This document shows positions 1-8,096 of a stretch of DNA of 64,000 nucleotides, one piece after another. Location: contig JBOGZQ010000006.1 in assembly GCA_050697375.1 (NCBI GenBank), forward strand, positions 1,390 to 65,389. The letters are read 5' to 3'. Below the pieces are notes generated by a model, which worked only from the letters and a program-made list of their open reading frames with translations, made no database searches and was not told the DNA's origin. This DNA comes from Gaiellaceae bacterium. GTDB lineage: Bacteria > Actinomycetota > Thermoleophilia > Gaiellales > Gaiellaceae. A program made the translations under genes and the position numbers. The first letter of the stretch is position 1; every line of letters starts with the position of its first letter.

Positions 1-630
1 GCCGAAGCCGAGGTCGCGCACGGGATCGTCGAGGTGGGCGAACTCCCAGTCGAGGATCCCGACGAGGCCGTGCTCGTCGACGACGACGTTGCCGATCCGG
101 TAGTCGCCGTGGCTGACGACCGGCGTTCGCTCCGGCGGCCGGTTCTCGCGCAGCCACCAGAGGCCGAGCTCGATCGCGGGATGCGGCTCGCCGACGTCGT
201 CGAGCTCGTCGACCATGCGCTCGAGGCGCGCCTCCGTCAGGAACGGCACGCGCTCGTGCGGAATCGCGTGGATCTTCGCGAGCTCTTCGGCGAGCTGGAG
301 CGGCAGGACTAAAGGGACGTCCATCCGGACGATGCGGCGGCCGATCGTCTCGCCGGCGAGCCGTTCCATGACGAACGCTTCGCGTCCGTCCAGGTCGGGG
401 ATGTACATGACCGGACGGGGCACCTTGACTCCAGCCCCATAGGCGACGGTCAGCACATCGAATTCCTCCCTCAAGGAGAGCGTGTGGCGGTGGATGACGC
501 CGACCGCGGCGCGCCGGACGAGCAGCGGCTCACCGCCGGCATCGACCGCCCACGCCTCCTTCGACGCTCCCCCTGCCAGGAGCACCGGCTCCGACACGGG
601 GCCGAGAATGGCTTCGAGCGCCTCACGCAT
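1..630 (-). CDS. APH-fold phosphotransferase (aminoglycoside/choline kinase family); 3' end runs off the window
   Basis: Not in the ORF track because it is open at the window edge. My minus-strand translation from the ATG (complement of 628-630) reads MREALEAILGPV...TPVVSHGDYRIGNVVVDEHGLVGILDWEFAHLDDPVRDLGFG. This contains the HGDxxxxN catalytic loop and the DWE motif of APH-type kinases. Confidence 0.8.
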   Translation of the reverse strand, partial: MREALEAILGPVSEPVLLAGGASKEAWAVDAGGEPLLVRRAAVGVIHRHTLSLREEFDVLTVAYGAGVKVPRPVMYIPDLDGREAFVMERLAGETIGRRIVRMDVPLVLPLQLAEELAKIHAIPHERVPFLTEARLERMVDELDDVGEPHPAIELGLWWLRENRPPERTPVVSHGDYRIGNVVVDEHGLVGILDWEFAHLDDPVRDLGFG

Positions 631-634
631 CTCT

Positions 635-1858
635 ATGCGATCATCGCTGCTGGTGGCCACTGTCGTCATCCCGGAGCTCGTCGCCGACCGGCGCGAGCGG
701 GTGCGCGGGTTCATGGAAGAGCACGTCTACCCGAACGAGCCCGCCCTCGCGCGCGAGGACGACAAGGCGGATGCGCTCGTCCGCGAGCTGCAGCAGGAGG
801 CGAAGGACGCGGGCCTGTGGGCGCCGCACCTCCCTCCCGAGGCGGGCGGCAGCGGCAGCGGCTTCCTCGAGTACGCGTATCTGAACGAGGAGATCGGGCG
901 CAGCACGTATGCGCAGCTCGTCTTCGGCTGCCAGGCGCCCGACGCGGGCAACGGCGAGATCCTCCACCTGTACGGGACCGACGAGCAGAAGGAGCGCTTC
1001 CTTCGTCCGCTCGTCGCCGGTGAGACGCGTTCGTTCTTCGGCATGACGGAGCCCGAGGTGGCGGGGTCGGACCCGACGTTGCTGCGCGGACGCGCGGTGC
1101 GCGACGGCGACGAGTGGGTGATCGACGCGCACAAGTGGTTCTCGTCGGGCGCGGACGGCGCCGGCTTCGGCATTGTCATGGTCGTCAGCGATCCTGACGC
1201 GGAGCCGCACCGGCGTGCGTCGATGATCCTCGTCCCGACCGATACGCCCGGTTACGAGCTCGTGCGCCGCATCCCGGTGATGGGGCACGAGGGGCGCGGC
1301 TGGGGAACGCACTGCGAGACGCGCTTCACGGGTGTGCGCGTGCCGGTCGAGAACACGCTCGGCGAGCCCGGCGAGGGGTTTCGCATCGCGCAGAAGCGGC
1401 TCGGGCCGGGCCGCATCCACCACGTCATGCGCTGGCTCGGCCAGATGCAGCGCGCGTTCGAGCTGATGTGCTCGTACTCGCTCGAGCGCAAGGCGTTCGG
1501 CGGCCCGCTCGCCGACAAGCAGACCATCCAGAACTGGATCGCCGAGTCGGCGGCGGAAATCCAGGCATGCCGGCTGATGACGCTTCAGGCCGCGCACCGC
1601 CTCGACGACGGCGACGAGGCGCGTGTCGAGGTGTCGCTCATCAAGTTCTACGCGGCGAAGGTGCTGAACGACGTCATCGACCGGGCGCTGCAGGTACACG
1701 GCGGGCTCGGCATGACCGAGGACACGCCGCTTGCGTCGATGTGGCGGAGCGCGCGTGCGGCGCGCATCTACGACGGCGCCGACGAGGTGCACAAGATGGT
1801 CGTGGCGCGGCGGATCCTGCGGGCCTTCGAAGGCGGAGGAACCTGGCGCTTCACGTGA
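635..1858 (+). CDS. acyl-CoA dehydrogenase, ACAD10/11 (FadE2)-like
   Basis: Track ORF 482..1858. The N-terminus reads ERVRGFMEEHVYPNEPAL. The fold is ACAD-like throughout (FGMTEPEVAGSDP, GEGFRIAQKRLGPGRIHH, RIYDGADEVHK). The start is ATG 635 or GTG 653; the part upstream of 631 overlaps the divergent kinase gene. Confidence 0.85.
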   Translation: MRSSLLVATVVIPELVADRRERVRGFMEEHVYPNEPALAREDDKADALVRELQQEAKDAGLWAPHLPPEAGGSGSGFLEYAYLNEEIGRSTYAQLVFGCQAPDAGNGEILHLYGTDEQKERFLRPLVAGETRSFFGMTEPEVAGSDPTLLRGRAVRDGDEWVIDAHKWFSSGADGAGFGIVMVVSDPDAEPHRRASMILVPTDTPGYELVRRIPVMGHEGRGWGTHCETRFTGVRVPVENTLGEPGEGFRIAQKRLGPGRIHHVMRWLGQMQRAFELMCSYSLERKAFGGPLADKQTIQNWIAESAAEIQACRLMTLQAAHRLDDGDEARVEVSLIKFYAAKVLNDVIDRALQVHGGLGMTEDTPLASMWRSARAARIYDGADEVHKMVVARRILRAFEGGGTWRFT

Positions 1859-2415
1859 TGCTCGAGGGCGCGCGGGTCCGGCTCGACCCGCTGAAGGCCC
1901 AGGACGAGGATGCGCTTTGGGGGATCGCGCAGGACCCTCGCGTCTGGACGCTCATGAAAGTGTCCGGCCACGAGTCGCGCGAGCTCTTCCACGAGTGGTT
2001 CGAGTCCGTCGATCTCGGCTTCGCCCACTTCTTCGACGGCGAGCTCGTCGGGCACACGTCGTACCTCAACGTCCGCGAGGACGACCGCGTCCTCGAGATC
2101 GGGAACACGTGGCTGACGCCGTCGGCATGGGGGACGGGCGCGAATGCGGGCGCGAAGTACCTGCTGATGAAGCATGCGTTCGAAGACGAGCGCTTCCTCC
2201 GCGTCGAGTTCAAGACGGACGCGACGAACGCCAGGGCGCGCGCCGCATTGGCCGCGTTGCCCTCGGAGTTCGAGGGTGTCTTCCGGAAGCACATGCTCGT
2301 GCGCGGCGGCGAGCGCCGCGACTCCGCCTGGTACGCCGTCATCGACGACGACTGGCCGGCGGTGAAGAACGCGCTCGAGGAGCGGCTCAGCGCTACATCT
2401 TCGTTTCCGGGGTAG
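1858..2415 (+). CDS. GNAT family N-acetyltransferase (RimJ/RimL-like)
   Basis: Tail of track ORF 1468..2415 from the in-frame ATG at 1858, which forms a GTGATG junction with the ACAD stop. Sequence: MLEGARVRLDPL...LEIGNTWLTPSAWGTGANAGAKYLLMKHAFEDERFLRVEFKTDATNARARAAL. Confidence 0.8.
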   Translation: MLEGARVRLDPLKAQDEDALWGIAQDPRVWTLMKVSGHESRELFHEWFESVDLGFAHFFDGELVGHTSYLNVREDDRVLEIGNTWLTPSAWGTGANAGAKYLLMKHAFEDERFLRVEFKTDATNARARAALAALPSEFEGVFRKHMLVRGGERRDSAWYAVIDDDWPAVKNALEERLSATSSFPG

Positions 2416-2457
2416 AGAGGCCTATCGCCTATAAGTATAGAAAAAGCGCCATCATAG

Positions 2458-2474
2458 TTAACTTATTAAGTTAA
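2458..2474. promoter_or_regulatory. perfect 8+1+8 palindrome TTAACTTA-T-TAAGTTAA in an AT-rich spacer; candidate operator
   Basis: Read directly from the sequence. It lies 43 nt upstream of the 2517 start codon, inside a roughly 40% GC spacer (2416-2516). Confidence 0.35.
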
Positions 2475-2516
2475 TAAACCTGGCACAATAATCAAACTTA
2501 TGGCACCATCCATGCC

Positions 2517-3209
2517 ATGGATAGATCTAGTGCTCTTGACAGCGTCGTTCGTCTAGCCAGGGCAGAGGCACTTGTAGATACCGAGCTACGTGACGAGCTC
2601 CGGCTGGTCCGCCAACGCCTGGAAGAGGCGATCGGGCCAACGGTCCGGCAGGTGGACGCGGCTCGATTTCTCGGCGTCACCGGAACCGCGCTGAAGCGAT
2701 GGCTAGACAAGGGAGAGATTCCCTCGGTCTTGACTCCAACAGGAAGGCGGGAGGTCCCCCTTCCAGAGCTCATTCGTCTTCGCCAAGAGGTCGACCAAGC
2801 TCGAATCGAGGGAAGCGAGAGGGCGCTGGCTACCGTCATACGTGAACGCCGTCGGCGCGCTGACGAGATTGATGTCGACAGCCTTCTCCCGCGCCGCGGC
2901 AGAACCCACCGGCATCCCGAGATGAACAGCCTCGCGTATCACCGGCTAGTCGCCGACCGACTCGATCCGCTACTTGTCGACGATGCGCGTTTGCGGCTCG
3001 GGCGCTGGAGCAAATCTGGGCGGATCGATCCCCGATGGGCTAACGAGTGGCGCGAGCTTCTAGATAGACCAATCCCCGAGATCGCCAAGGCGCTCCGATC
3101 TGATCGGCCTCGGGCGCGTGAGTTGCGGCAGTCGTCGCCGTTTGCGGGAGTTCTCACGGAGCAAGAACGTCGGCGGCTCGCTGAGGCGGTGGAGGCACGT
3201 GGAGCCTAG
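2517..3209 (+). CDS. HTH (MerR/excisionase-type) domain protein; putative regulator/antitoxin partner of the downstream nucleotidyltransferase
   Basis: Track ORF of 230 aa. The helix-turn-helix-like segment is VDAARFLGVTGTALKRWLDKGEIPSV. The C-terminal domain is Arg-rich and unassigned. GC is lower than in the flanks. Confidence 0.6.
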   Translation: MDRSSALDSVVRLARAEALVDTELRDELRLVRQRLEEAIGPTVRQVDAARFLGVTGTALKRWLDKGEIPSVLTPTGRREVPLPELIRLRQEVDQARIEGSERALATVIRERRRRADEIDVDSLLPRRGRTHRHPEMNSLAYHRLVADRLDPLLVDDARLRLGRWSKSGRIDPRWANEWRELLDRPIPEIAKALRSDRPRARELRQSSPFAGVLTEQERRRLAEAVEARGA

Positions 3210-3224
3210 CGCCTCCCGGGTGCC

Positions 3225-3773
3225 ATGAATCGTGAGGCGTTTGCACACGTCATCCGGGCCGCAGCGGACGTCGTGAAGGATGAAATCGTGATTGTGGGCA
3301 GCCAGGCCGTTCTCGGTTCTCATGGGGATCCGCCTCCAGCGCTCGTGCGATCACTTGAAGTCGACGTCTATCCGCGCAGCGATCCCGATCGAGCGCACGA
3401 AATCGACGGAGCGCTCGGCGACGGCTCACAGTTTCATGCGACCTATGGTTACTACGCTCATGGCGTTGGCCCCGAGACGATCGTGGCGCCGAGCGGATGG
3501 GAAGATCGCCTTGTCCGGTTGGAGTTTCCGGCGATTCGACGTGCGGACGCCCCGGTGATCGGTTGGTGCTTGTCATTTGATGATCTCGTACTCGCGAAGC
3601 TTGCCGCCGGCCGTGAGCATGATTTGGCCTTTGTAGAGGCGGCTGTGCGCGAGGGCATGGTCGACAATGATCAATTCTCGCTCGGTCTCGAGTTGATGCC
3701 CGAGGGTTACCGTGAAGATGTGCAAACGCGCATGCAGCACATTCGCGCCTGCGTTGGAGGGCTCAGCGGATGA
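3225..3773 (+). CDS. minimal nucleotidyltransferase-fold protein (DUF6036-like, with AbiEii/MenT-type motifs)
   Basis: Track ORF of 182 aa. The NTase signature is IVIVGSQAVLGSHG...SLEVDVYP (G-S...[DE]x[DE]). A later LVLAKLAAGREHDLAFV segment resembles the KLxAxxxRxxxD motif III of AbiEii-type toxins. It starts 16 nt after the HTH gene. Confidence 0.6.
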   Translation: MNREAFAHVIRAAADVVKDEIVIVGSQAVLGSHGDPPPALVRSLEVDVYPRSDPDRAHEIDGALGDGSQFHATYGYYAHGVGPETIVAPSGWEDRLVRLEFPAIRRADAPVIGWCLSFDDLVLAKLAAGREHDLAFVEAAVREGMVDNDQFSLGLELMPEGYREDVQTRMQHIRACVGGLSG

Positions 3774-4179
3774 TCTGCGTGCAGCGCGACGACGCGAGCA
3801 GCTCGCCGCCGGTGTCATAGAGATCGGCCGCGCAGAATGCGACCCGCCGGTTCCGCTGCACGACACGACCCTCTGCGCGCAGCACGCCCGGCCGTGCGGA
3901 GCGCACGAACTCGATGTGCAGGTCGGCGGTGAGGAAGCTCTCCTCCTCGGTGAGCACCGACCAGCACGCGCTGCCCATCGCCGTGTCGAGCAGCGTCGTC
4001 ACCATCCCGCCGTGGACGATGAAGCCGCCGTTGCCGTCGTGGAAGCAGTACTCCGGCGCCGCCTCCCATTCGATCACCGATGTCCCGTCGCCCTGTTCGA
4101 GGCCGCGATACTCGAGCGTGCGCCAGATGTGCGGGGCCGGTGGCGCCTCGTCGCCCCACGCGCGGCGCGTCCGGCTCAT
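3763..4179 (-). CDS. PaaI-family hotdog-fold thioesterase
   Basis: Lower part of track ORF 3763..4692, starting at MSRTRRAWGD. It contains FHDGNGGFIVHGGMVTTLLDTAMG, typical of PaaI/YdiI thioesterases. Its ATG overlaps the SDR stop (ATGA). Confidence 0.8.
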   Translation of the reverse strand: MSRTRRAWGDEAPPAPHIWRTLEYRGLEQGDGTSVIEWEAAPEYCFHDGNGGFIVHGGMVTTLLDTAMGSACWSVLTEEESFLTADLHIEFVRSARPGVLRAEGRVVQRNRRVAFCAADLYDTGGELLASSRCTQIIR

Positions 4180-4808
4180 CGCGGCCCTGGGATCCCGGGG
4201 AACCGGAACGGCTCGACCCGGTTCGGCTGAACGATCCATGCCCGCCCAGACTCCGCGTCGTTCAGCACCGTCATCGCCGCATCCGCCACGAACGACGGCT
4301 CGATCAAAGGCACGTGAAGGACGCCGCGGAGCTCGTCCTCGACGATCGGCGTGTCCGTGAACCCTGGGCAGAGCGCGTTGATGCGGATGCCGCGCGCACG
4401 CAGCCCCTCGGCCGCGCCGCGCACGAAGCCGACGACGGCGTGCTTCGTCGCCGTGTACATCGGGTCGAACGGCATCCCGGTCAATCCCGCGAGCGACGCC
4501 GTGCACACGATCGAGCCGCCGTTCGGCATCAGCCTCTTGGCGCACTCGCGCGCTCCGTAGACGACGCCGAGGAAGTTCGCGCGGACGATGCGGTCGATCT
4601 CGCCGTCCGGCAGCTCGGCGACGTCGGGATACGCGATGCCGATGCCGGCGTTGAGGAACGCAGCTTCGAACTCGCCCTCGAGCGAGGCCCATGCCTCCAC
4701 AGAGCCGACGTCGAACTCCGGCAGGTCGAGTGCTACGGCGTCCCCGTCGTATGCCGCGACGATCGCGGAGCCGATCCCGCCGCGGCCGCCGGTTACCAAC
4801 GCGGTCAC
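4176..4808 (-). CDS. short-chain dehydrogenase/reductase (SDR)
   Basis: Lower part of track ORF 4176..5216 from the GTG (complement of 4806-4808). Sequence: VTALVTGGRGGIGSAI (TGxxxGxG) ...YTATKHAVVGF (YxxxK). GTGA overlap with the upstream gene. Confidence 0.85.
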   Translation of the reverse strand: MTALVTGGRGGIGSAIVAAYDGDAVALDLPEFDVGSVEAWASLEGEFEAAFLNAGIGIAYPDVAELPDGEIDRIVRANFLGVVYGARECAKRLMPNGGSIVCTASLAGLTGMPFDPMYTATKHAVVGFVRGAAEGLRARGIRINALCPGFTDTPIVEDELRGVLHVPLIEPSFVADAAMTVLNDAESGRAWIVQPNRVEPFRFPGIPGPR

Positions 4809-5713
4809 GGGACGAGCACGACCTTGCCGACGCTCTTGCGCGACTCGACGAGCTCGTGCGCCCGGTCGACCTCTGCGAGCGGGATCTCGGCGCCGACGAC
4901 GGGGCGCAGCGCTCCGGTCTGCCACAGCGCCAGCAGCTCGCCGACCGCTTCGCCGACGATCTCGGGCTCGTGCCGGAGGAGGCGGCCGAGGTAGAAGCCG
5001 TCGACGCCGACGTTGCGCCCGACGAGGTTCGCCGGGCTGACGTCCGGCCACATTCCCGCGGCGAAGCCGATCGCGACGAGCGTCCCGAGCGGCCGCAGCC
5101 GTCCGATGGCGCGCTCGAACAGCTCGCCGCCGACGGGATCGACGACCGCGTCGACGCGCAGATCGTCGGGCAGGTCGTCGTAGACGTACGCCTCTGACGC
5201 GCCGAGCTCGCGGCACAGGTCGAGCTTCTCCGGCGACCCGGCGGCCGCGATCACTCGCGCGCCGAGCGAGCGGGCGACCTGCACCGCCGCCGTGCCGACG
5301 CCGCCCGCCGCAGCGTGCACGAGCACCGACGCGCCGGGCCGCAGCCTGACCTGCCTCGTCAGCGGGATGTACGCCGTCAGGAACGTGAGGAGGAACGACG
5401 CGCCCTCGGCGAAGCTCGCGTGATCGGGGAGCGGAACGACCTGCGCGCGGTCGACAGCCACCTTCTCCGCGTATCCGGCACTGCCGATCGCCATCACGCG
5501 CGTCCCGTCGTCGAGCTCGCCCGCGACCTCGCTGCCGAGCACGACGGGAAGCTCAGGCATCTGCGGATAGCGGCCGCGACGGATGAGGACGTCGGCGAAG
5601 TTCACGCCCGCGGCCCGCACGTGCATGACGACCTGGCCGCCGCCGGCATCCGGGTCGGGAACGTCGGCGAGCTCGAACGGCCCGTCGACCTCGCGCAGGA
5701 GCGCGGCCTTCAA
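4805..5713 (-). CDS. NADPH:quinone oxidoreductase / zinc-type alcohol dehydrogenase family (MDR)
   Basis: Lower part of track ORF 4805..7768. Sequence: [15 protein letters not shown]...VRAAGVNFADVLIRRGRYP...VLVHAAAGGVGTAAVQVA. The start is probably the TTG that overlaps the ligase stop (TTGA); this start is uncertain. Confidence 0.8.
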   Translation of the reverse strand: MKAALLREVDGPFELADVPDPDAGGGQVVMHVRAAGVNFADVLIRRGRYPQMPELPVVLGSEVAGELDDGTRVMAIGSAGYAEKVAVDRAQVVPLPDHASFAEGASFLLTFLTAYIPLTRQVRLRPGASVLVHAAAGGVGTAAVQVARSLGARVIAAAGSPEKLDLCRELGASEAYVYDDLPDDLRVDAVVDPVGGELFERAIGRLRPLGTLVAIGFAAGMWPDVSPANLVGRNVGVDGFYLGRLLRHEPEIVGEAVGELLALWQTGALRPVVGAEIPLAEVDRAHELVESRKSVGKVVLVP

Positions 5714-7311
5714 CTCGTCTGCGCCGGCTCTTGCGCGAACTGCTCGCGCAGCGCCGTCTTGCGGAACTTGCCGACGCTCGTCTTCGGGATCTCCGAGATG
5801 AACTCGATGCGGTCGGGCAGCCACCACTTCGCGAACTGCGGCGCGAGGAAGTCGCGCAGCTCGTCCGGGCTCGCAGAGGCGCCTTCCTTCAACACGACCG
5901 CGGCGAGCGGCCGCTCCGCCCACCTCTCGTCGGGGATGGCGATGACGGCGGCCTCGGCGACCGCAGGGTGCGCCATGATCGCGTTCTCGAGCTCGACGGA
6001 CGAGATCCACTCGCCGCCTGACTTGATGACGTCCTTCGAGCGGTCCTTGATCTGGATGTACCCGCGCGGATGAATCGACGCGATGTCGCCCGTCCGGAAC
6101 CAGCCGTCGTCCGTCCAGCGGTCGGCCTGCTCGGGCGTGTCGTAATAGCCGGACGCGATCCACGGCCCGCGCACCTCGATCTCGCCCATCGACTCGCCGT
6201 CCCACGGGACCTCCTCGTCGCCGACACGCACGCGGATCTCGACGAACGGAAGCGGCATGCCGGCCCACGACTCGATGTCGAAGCGCGTCTCTTGGTCGAC
6301 GTTCACGAGATCGTGCGGCAGCGTCGCCGTCGTCGCCACCGGCGACGTTTCCGTCAGGCCCCAGCCCTGCACGATCCTGATGCCGTGACGCTGCTCGTAG
6401 GCGGCGATCATCGCGCGCGGGACAGCGGATCCGCCGACGAACATCCCCTTCATCGCCGACAAGTCCCACTTCTGCGGGCTCGCGTCGAGGAGCTGGAGGA
6501 TCCCCATCCAGATCGTCGGCACGCCGGCAGCCCAAGCCACCTTCTCCTGCGACATGAGGTCGAGCAGGCTCTCGGGATCGAGGTGCGGGCCGGGGTAGAC
6601 GAGCTTCGAGCCCGTCATCGTGGCGAGGTACGGATAGCCCCACGCGTTCGCGTGGAACATCGGCACGACCGGCAGGATCCCGTCGTTCACCGCAACGTTG
6701 AGCCCGAACGGGTTGTTCGCGCACACGCCGAGCGCGTGCAGCACCGTCGAGCGGTGCGAGTAGCAGACGCCCTTCGGGCGGCCCGTCGTGCCGCTCGTGT
6801 AGCACATCGACGAAGCCTCGTTCTCGTCCAGTTCGGGATCGCGCCACTCGTCCGCGGACGCAGTCGCCAGCAGCTCCTCGTAGGAATCCTCGACGACGAA
6901 GACGTGCTCGATCTTCGTGCGGTCCTTGAACTGCTCGAGCAGCGGGACGAGGGAGCGGTCGACGATGACGGCGCGGTCGCCCGCATGGTCGGCGATGTAC
7001 GCGAGATCGTTCGGGTGGAGGCGGAGGTTGAGCGTGTGCAGGACGAAGCCGCCGCAGGGGATGCCGAGATAAGCCTCGTGGTGTTGATAGTGGTTCCAGC
7101 ACAGCGTCGCGACACGGTCGCCGCGCTCGAGCCCGAGCTTCTGCAGCGCCACCGCGAGCTGCTTCGCGCGCGGCGCGGTCTCGCGGTAGGTCGTGCGGTG
7201 GAGGCTCTTGTCCGGCAGCCGCGTGACGATCTCGCCGTTGCCGAGGAACGTCTCGGACCGCCGCAGCAGATGGGGCAGCGTCAGCTGGAAGTCCATCATC
7301 AGGCCGTCCAT
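5710..7311 (-). CDS. medium/long-chain fatty-acid--CoA ligase (AMP-forming)
   Basis: Lower part of track ORF 5710..8043 from [19 protein letters not shown]-binding motifs: [39 protein letters not shown]. Confidence 0.9.
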   Translation of the reverse strand: MDGLMMDFQLTLPHLLRRSETFLGNGEIVTRLPDKSLHRTTYRETAPRAKQLAVALQKLGLERGDRVATLCWNHYQHHEAYLGIPCGGFVLHTLNLRLHPNDLAYIADHAGDRAVIVDRSLVPLLEQFKDRTKIEHVFVVEDSYEELLATASADEWRDPELDENEASSMCYTSGTTGRPKGVCYSHRSTVLHALGVCANNPFGLNVAVNDGILPVVPMFHANAWGYPYLATMTGSKLVYPGPHLDPESLLDLMSQEKVAWAAGVPTIWMGILQLLDASPQKWDLSAMKGMFVGGSAVPRAMIAAYEQRHGIRIVQGWGLTETSPVATTATLPHDLVNVDQETRFDIESWAGMPLPFVEIRVRVGDEEVPWDGESMGEIEVRGPWIASGYYDTPEQADRWTDDGWFRTGDIASIHPRGYIQIKDRSKDVIKSGGEWISSVELENAIMAHPAVAEAAVIAIPDERWAERPLAAVVLKEGASASPDELRDFLAPQFAKWWLPDRIEFISEIPKTSVGKFRKTALREQFAQEPAQTS

Positions 7312-8096
7312 CAGGCGACCACTCCTGCGCCGAGGAGCGCGTCCGCGATCTCGGCTCGCAGCTCCGGCGGGCGCTTGCCGAAGCCCTCGAGCCAGAGCGC
7401 GCGCTTGTAGAAGCGGTGCAGCGGGTGCTCCCAGGTGAAGCCGATGCCGCCGTGGACCTGGATCGAGCGCTCGCACGCTGCAACGGCCGCCTCGGTCGCG
7501 AAGGCTTTCGCGGCCGCCGCTGCCAGCGGCGCCTGATCGTCGTCCTCGGCCACGCACCAGGCGGCCCAATAGGCGAGCGACCGCGCCAGCTCGATATCGG
7601 CATACGTGTTGGCGAGCTGGTGCGACACCGCCTGGTAGACGCCGATCTTCTTGCCGAACTGCTCGCGCGTCTTCGCATATTCGACGCCGAGCTCGAACGC
7701 GCGCTGCGCAACGCCGACCGCCTCCGCCGCCATCGCCGCGCGCAGGCGCGGTGTTTCCCGCGATGCATTGGTGACGCGCCGGAGCGGCCGCGTCGGGTCG
7801 ACGGACTCGATGTCGCAGTCGCCGTCGAAGGCGAAGCCGTTCGCCTCTGTCTGCCCGGCGACGTGCGCGAGATACGGGCCGGGATAGAGCGCGTAGCCGA
7901 GCTCCTCGAGCAGGAGCGCCTCCTCGACGAAGCCGAGCTCTGCGTCGGCGACGTCGAGCCAGCCGAGCTCGGCGAGCTCGTCCCACCGGTCGTTCTGCGG
8001 AGCGTCCCAGTCGCGGTCGAGCGGGTAGCGCTGCTCGAGCCACGTTCGCGCCTGGCTCTTCAGCTCGGCCTGGACGTCGTTGAACGCGAAGTCCAT
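7311..8096 (-). CDS. acyl-CoA dehydrogenase-like small subunit (reduced, beta-type partner)
   Basis: Lower part of track ORF 7311..9287 from MDFAFNDVQAELKSQ. The C-terminal ACAD helical domain is present (AQRAFELGVEYAKTREQFGKKIGVYQAVSH...VHGGIGFTWEHPLHRFYKRA). The protein is only 261 aa, so the middle beta-domain is largely missing. ATGA overlaps at both ends. Confidence 0.75.
   Translation of the reverse strand: MDFAFNDVQAELKSQARTWLEQRYPLDRDWDAPQNDRWDELAELGWLDVADAELGFVEEALLLEELGYALYPGPYLAHVAGQTEANGFAFDGDCDIESVDPTRPLRRVTNASRETPRLRAAMAAEAVGVAQRAFELGVEYAKTREQFGKKIGVYQAVSHQLANTYADIELARSLAYWAAWCVAEDDDQAPLAAAAAKAFATEAAVAACERSIQVHGGIGFTWEHPLHRFYKRALWLEGFGKRPPELRAEIADALLGAGVVA

Noticed and set aside
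641-1792. Long antisense or alternative-frame ORFs, e.g. 641..1792(-), 11706..12773(-), 11774..14515(+), 17909..19243(-), 21492..22991(-), 25466..26998(-), 34595..36766(+), 36730..38976(-), 40702..42207(-), 41895..43625(-), 55675..58017(-), 57708..59420(-), 62183..63634(-)
   Set aside because: Their translations are Arg/Ala/Pro/Gly-rich low-complexity strings. This is typical of wrong frames in 70% GC DNA. Each one overlaps, on the opposite strand or in another frame of the same strand, a gene with unmistakable family motifs.
2498-2512. Sigma-54-like promoter TGGCAC-N5-ATGC (and a second TGGCAC at 2480)
   Set aside because: The spacing fits, but the element overlaps the ATG at 2517, so transcription would start inside the gene. 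The -12 region is imperfect. This type of high-GC Gram-positive lineage generally lacks RpoN. The repeats are kept only as possible protein-binding sites.
4805-7768. Very long merged ORFs (987 aa at 4805..7768, 777 aa at 5710..8043, 658 aa at 7311..9287)
   Set aside because: Only the 3' portion of each matches a protein family. The 5' portions are out-of-frame read-through across the upstream gene. The real starts are the codons that overlap the preceding stop.
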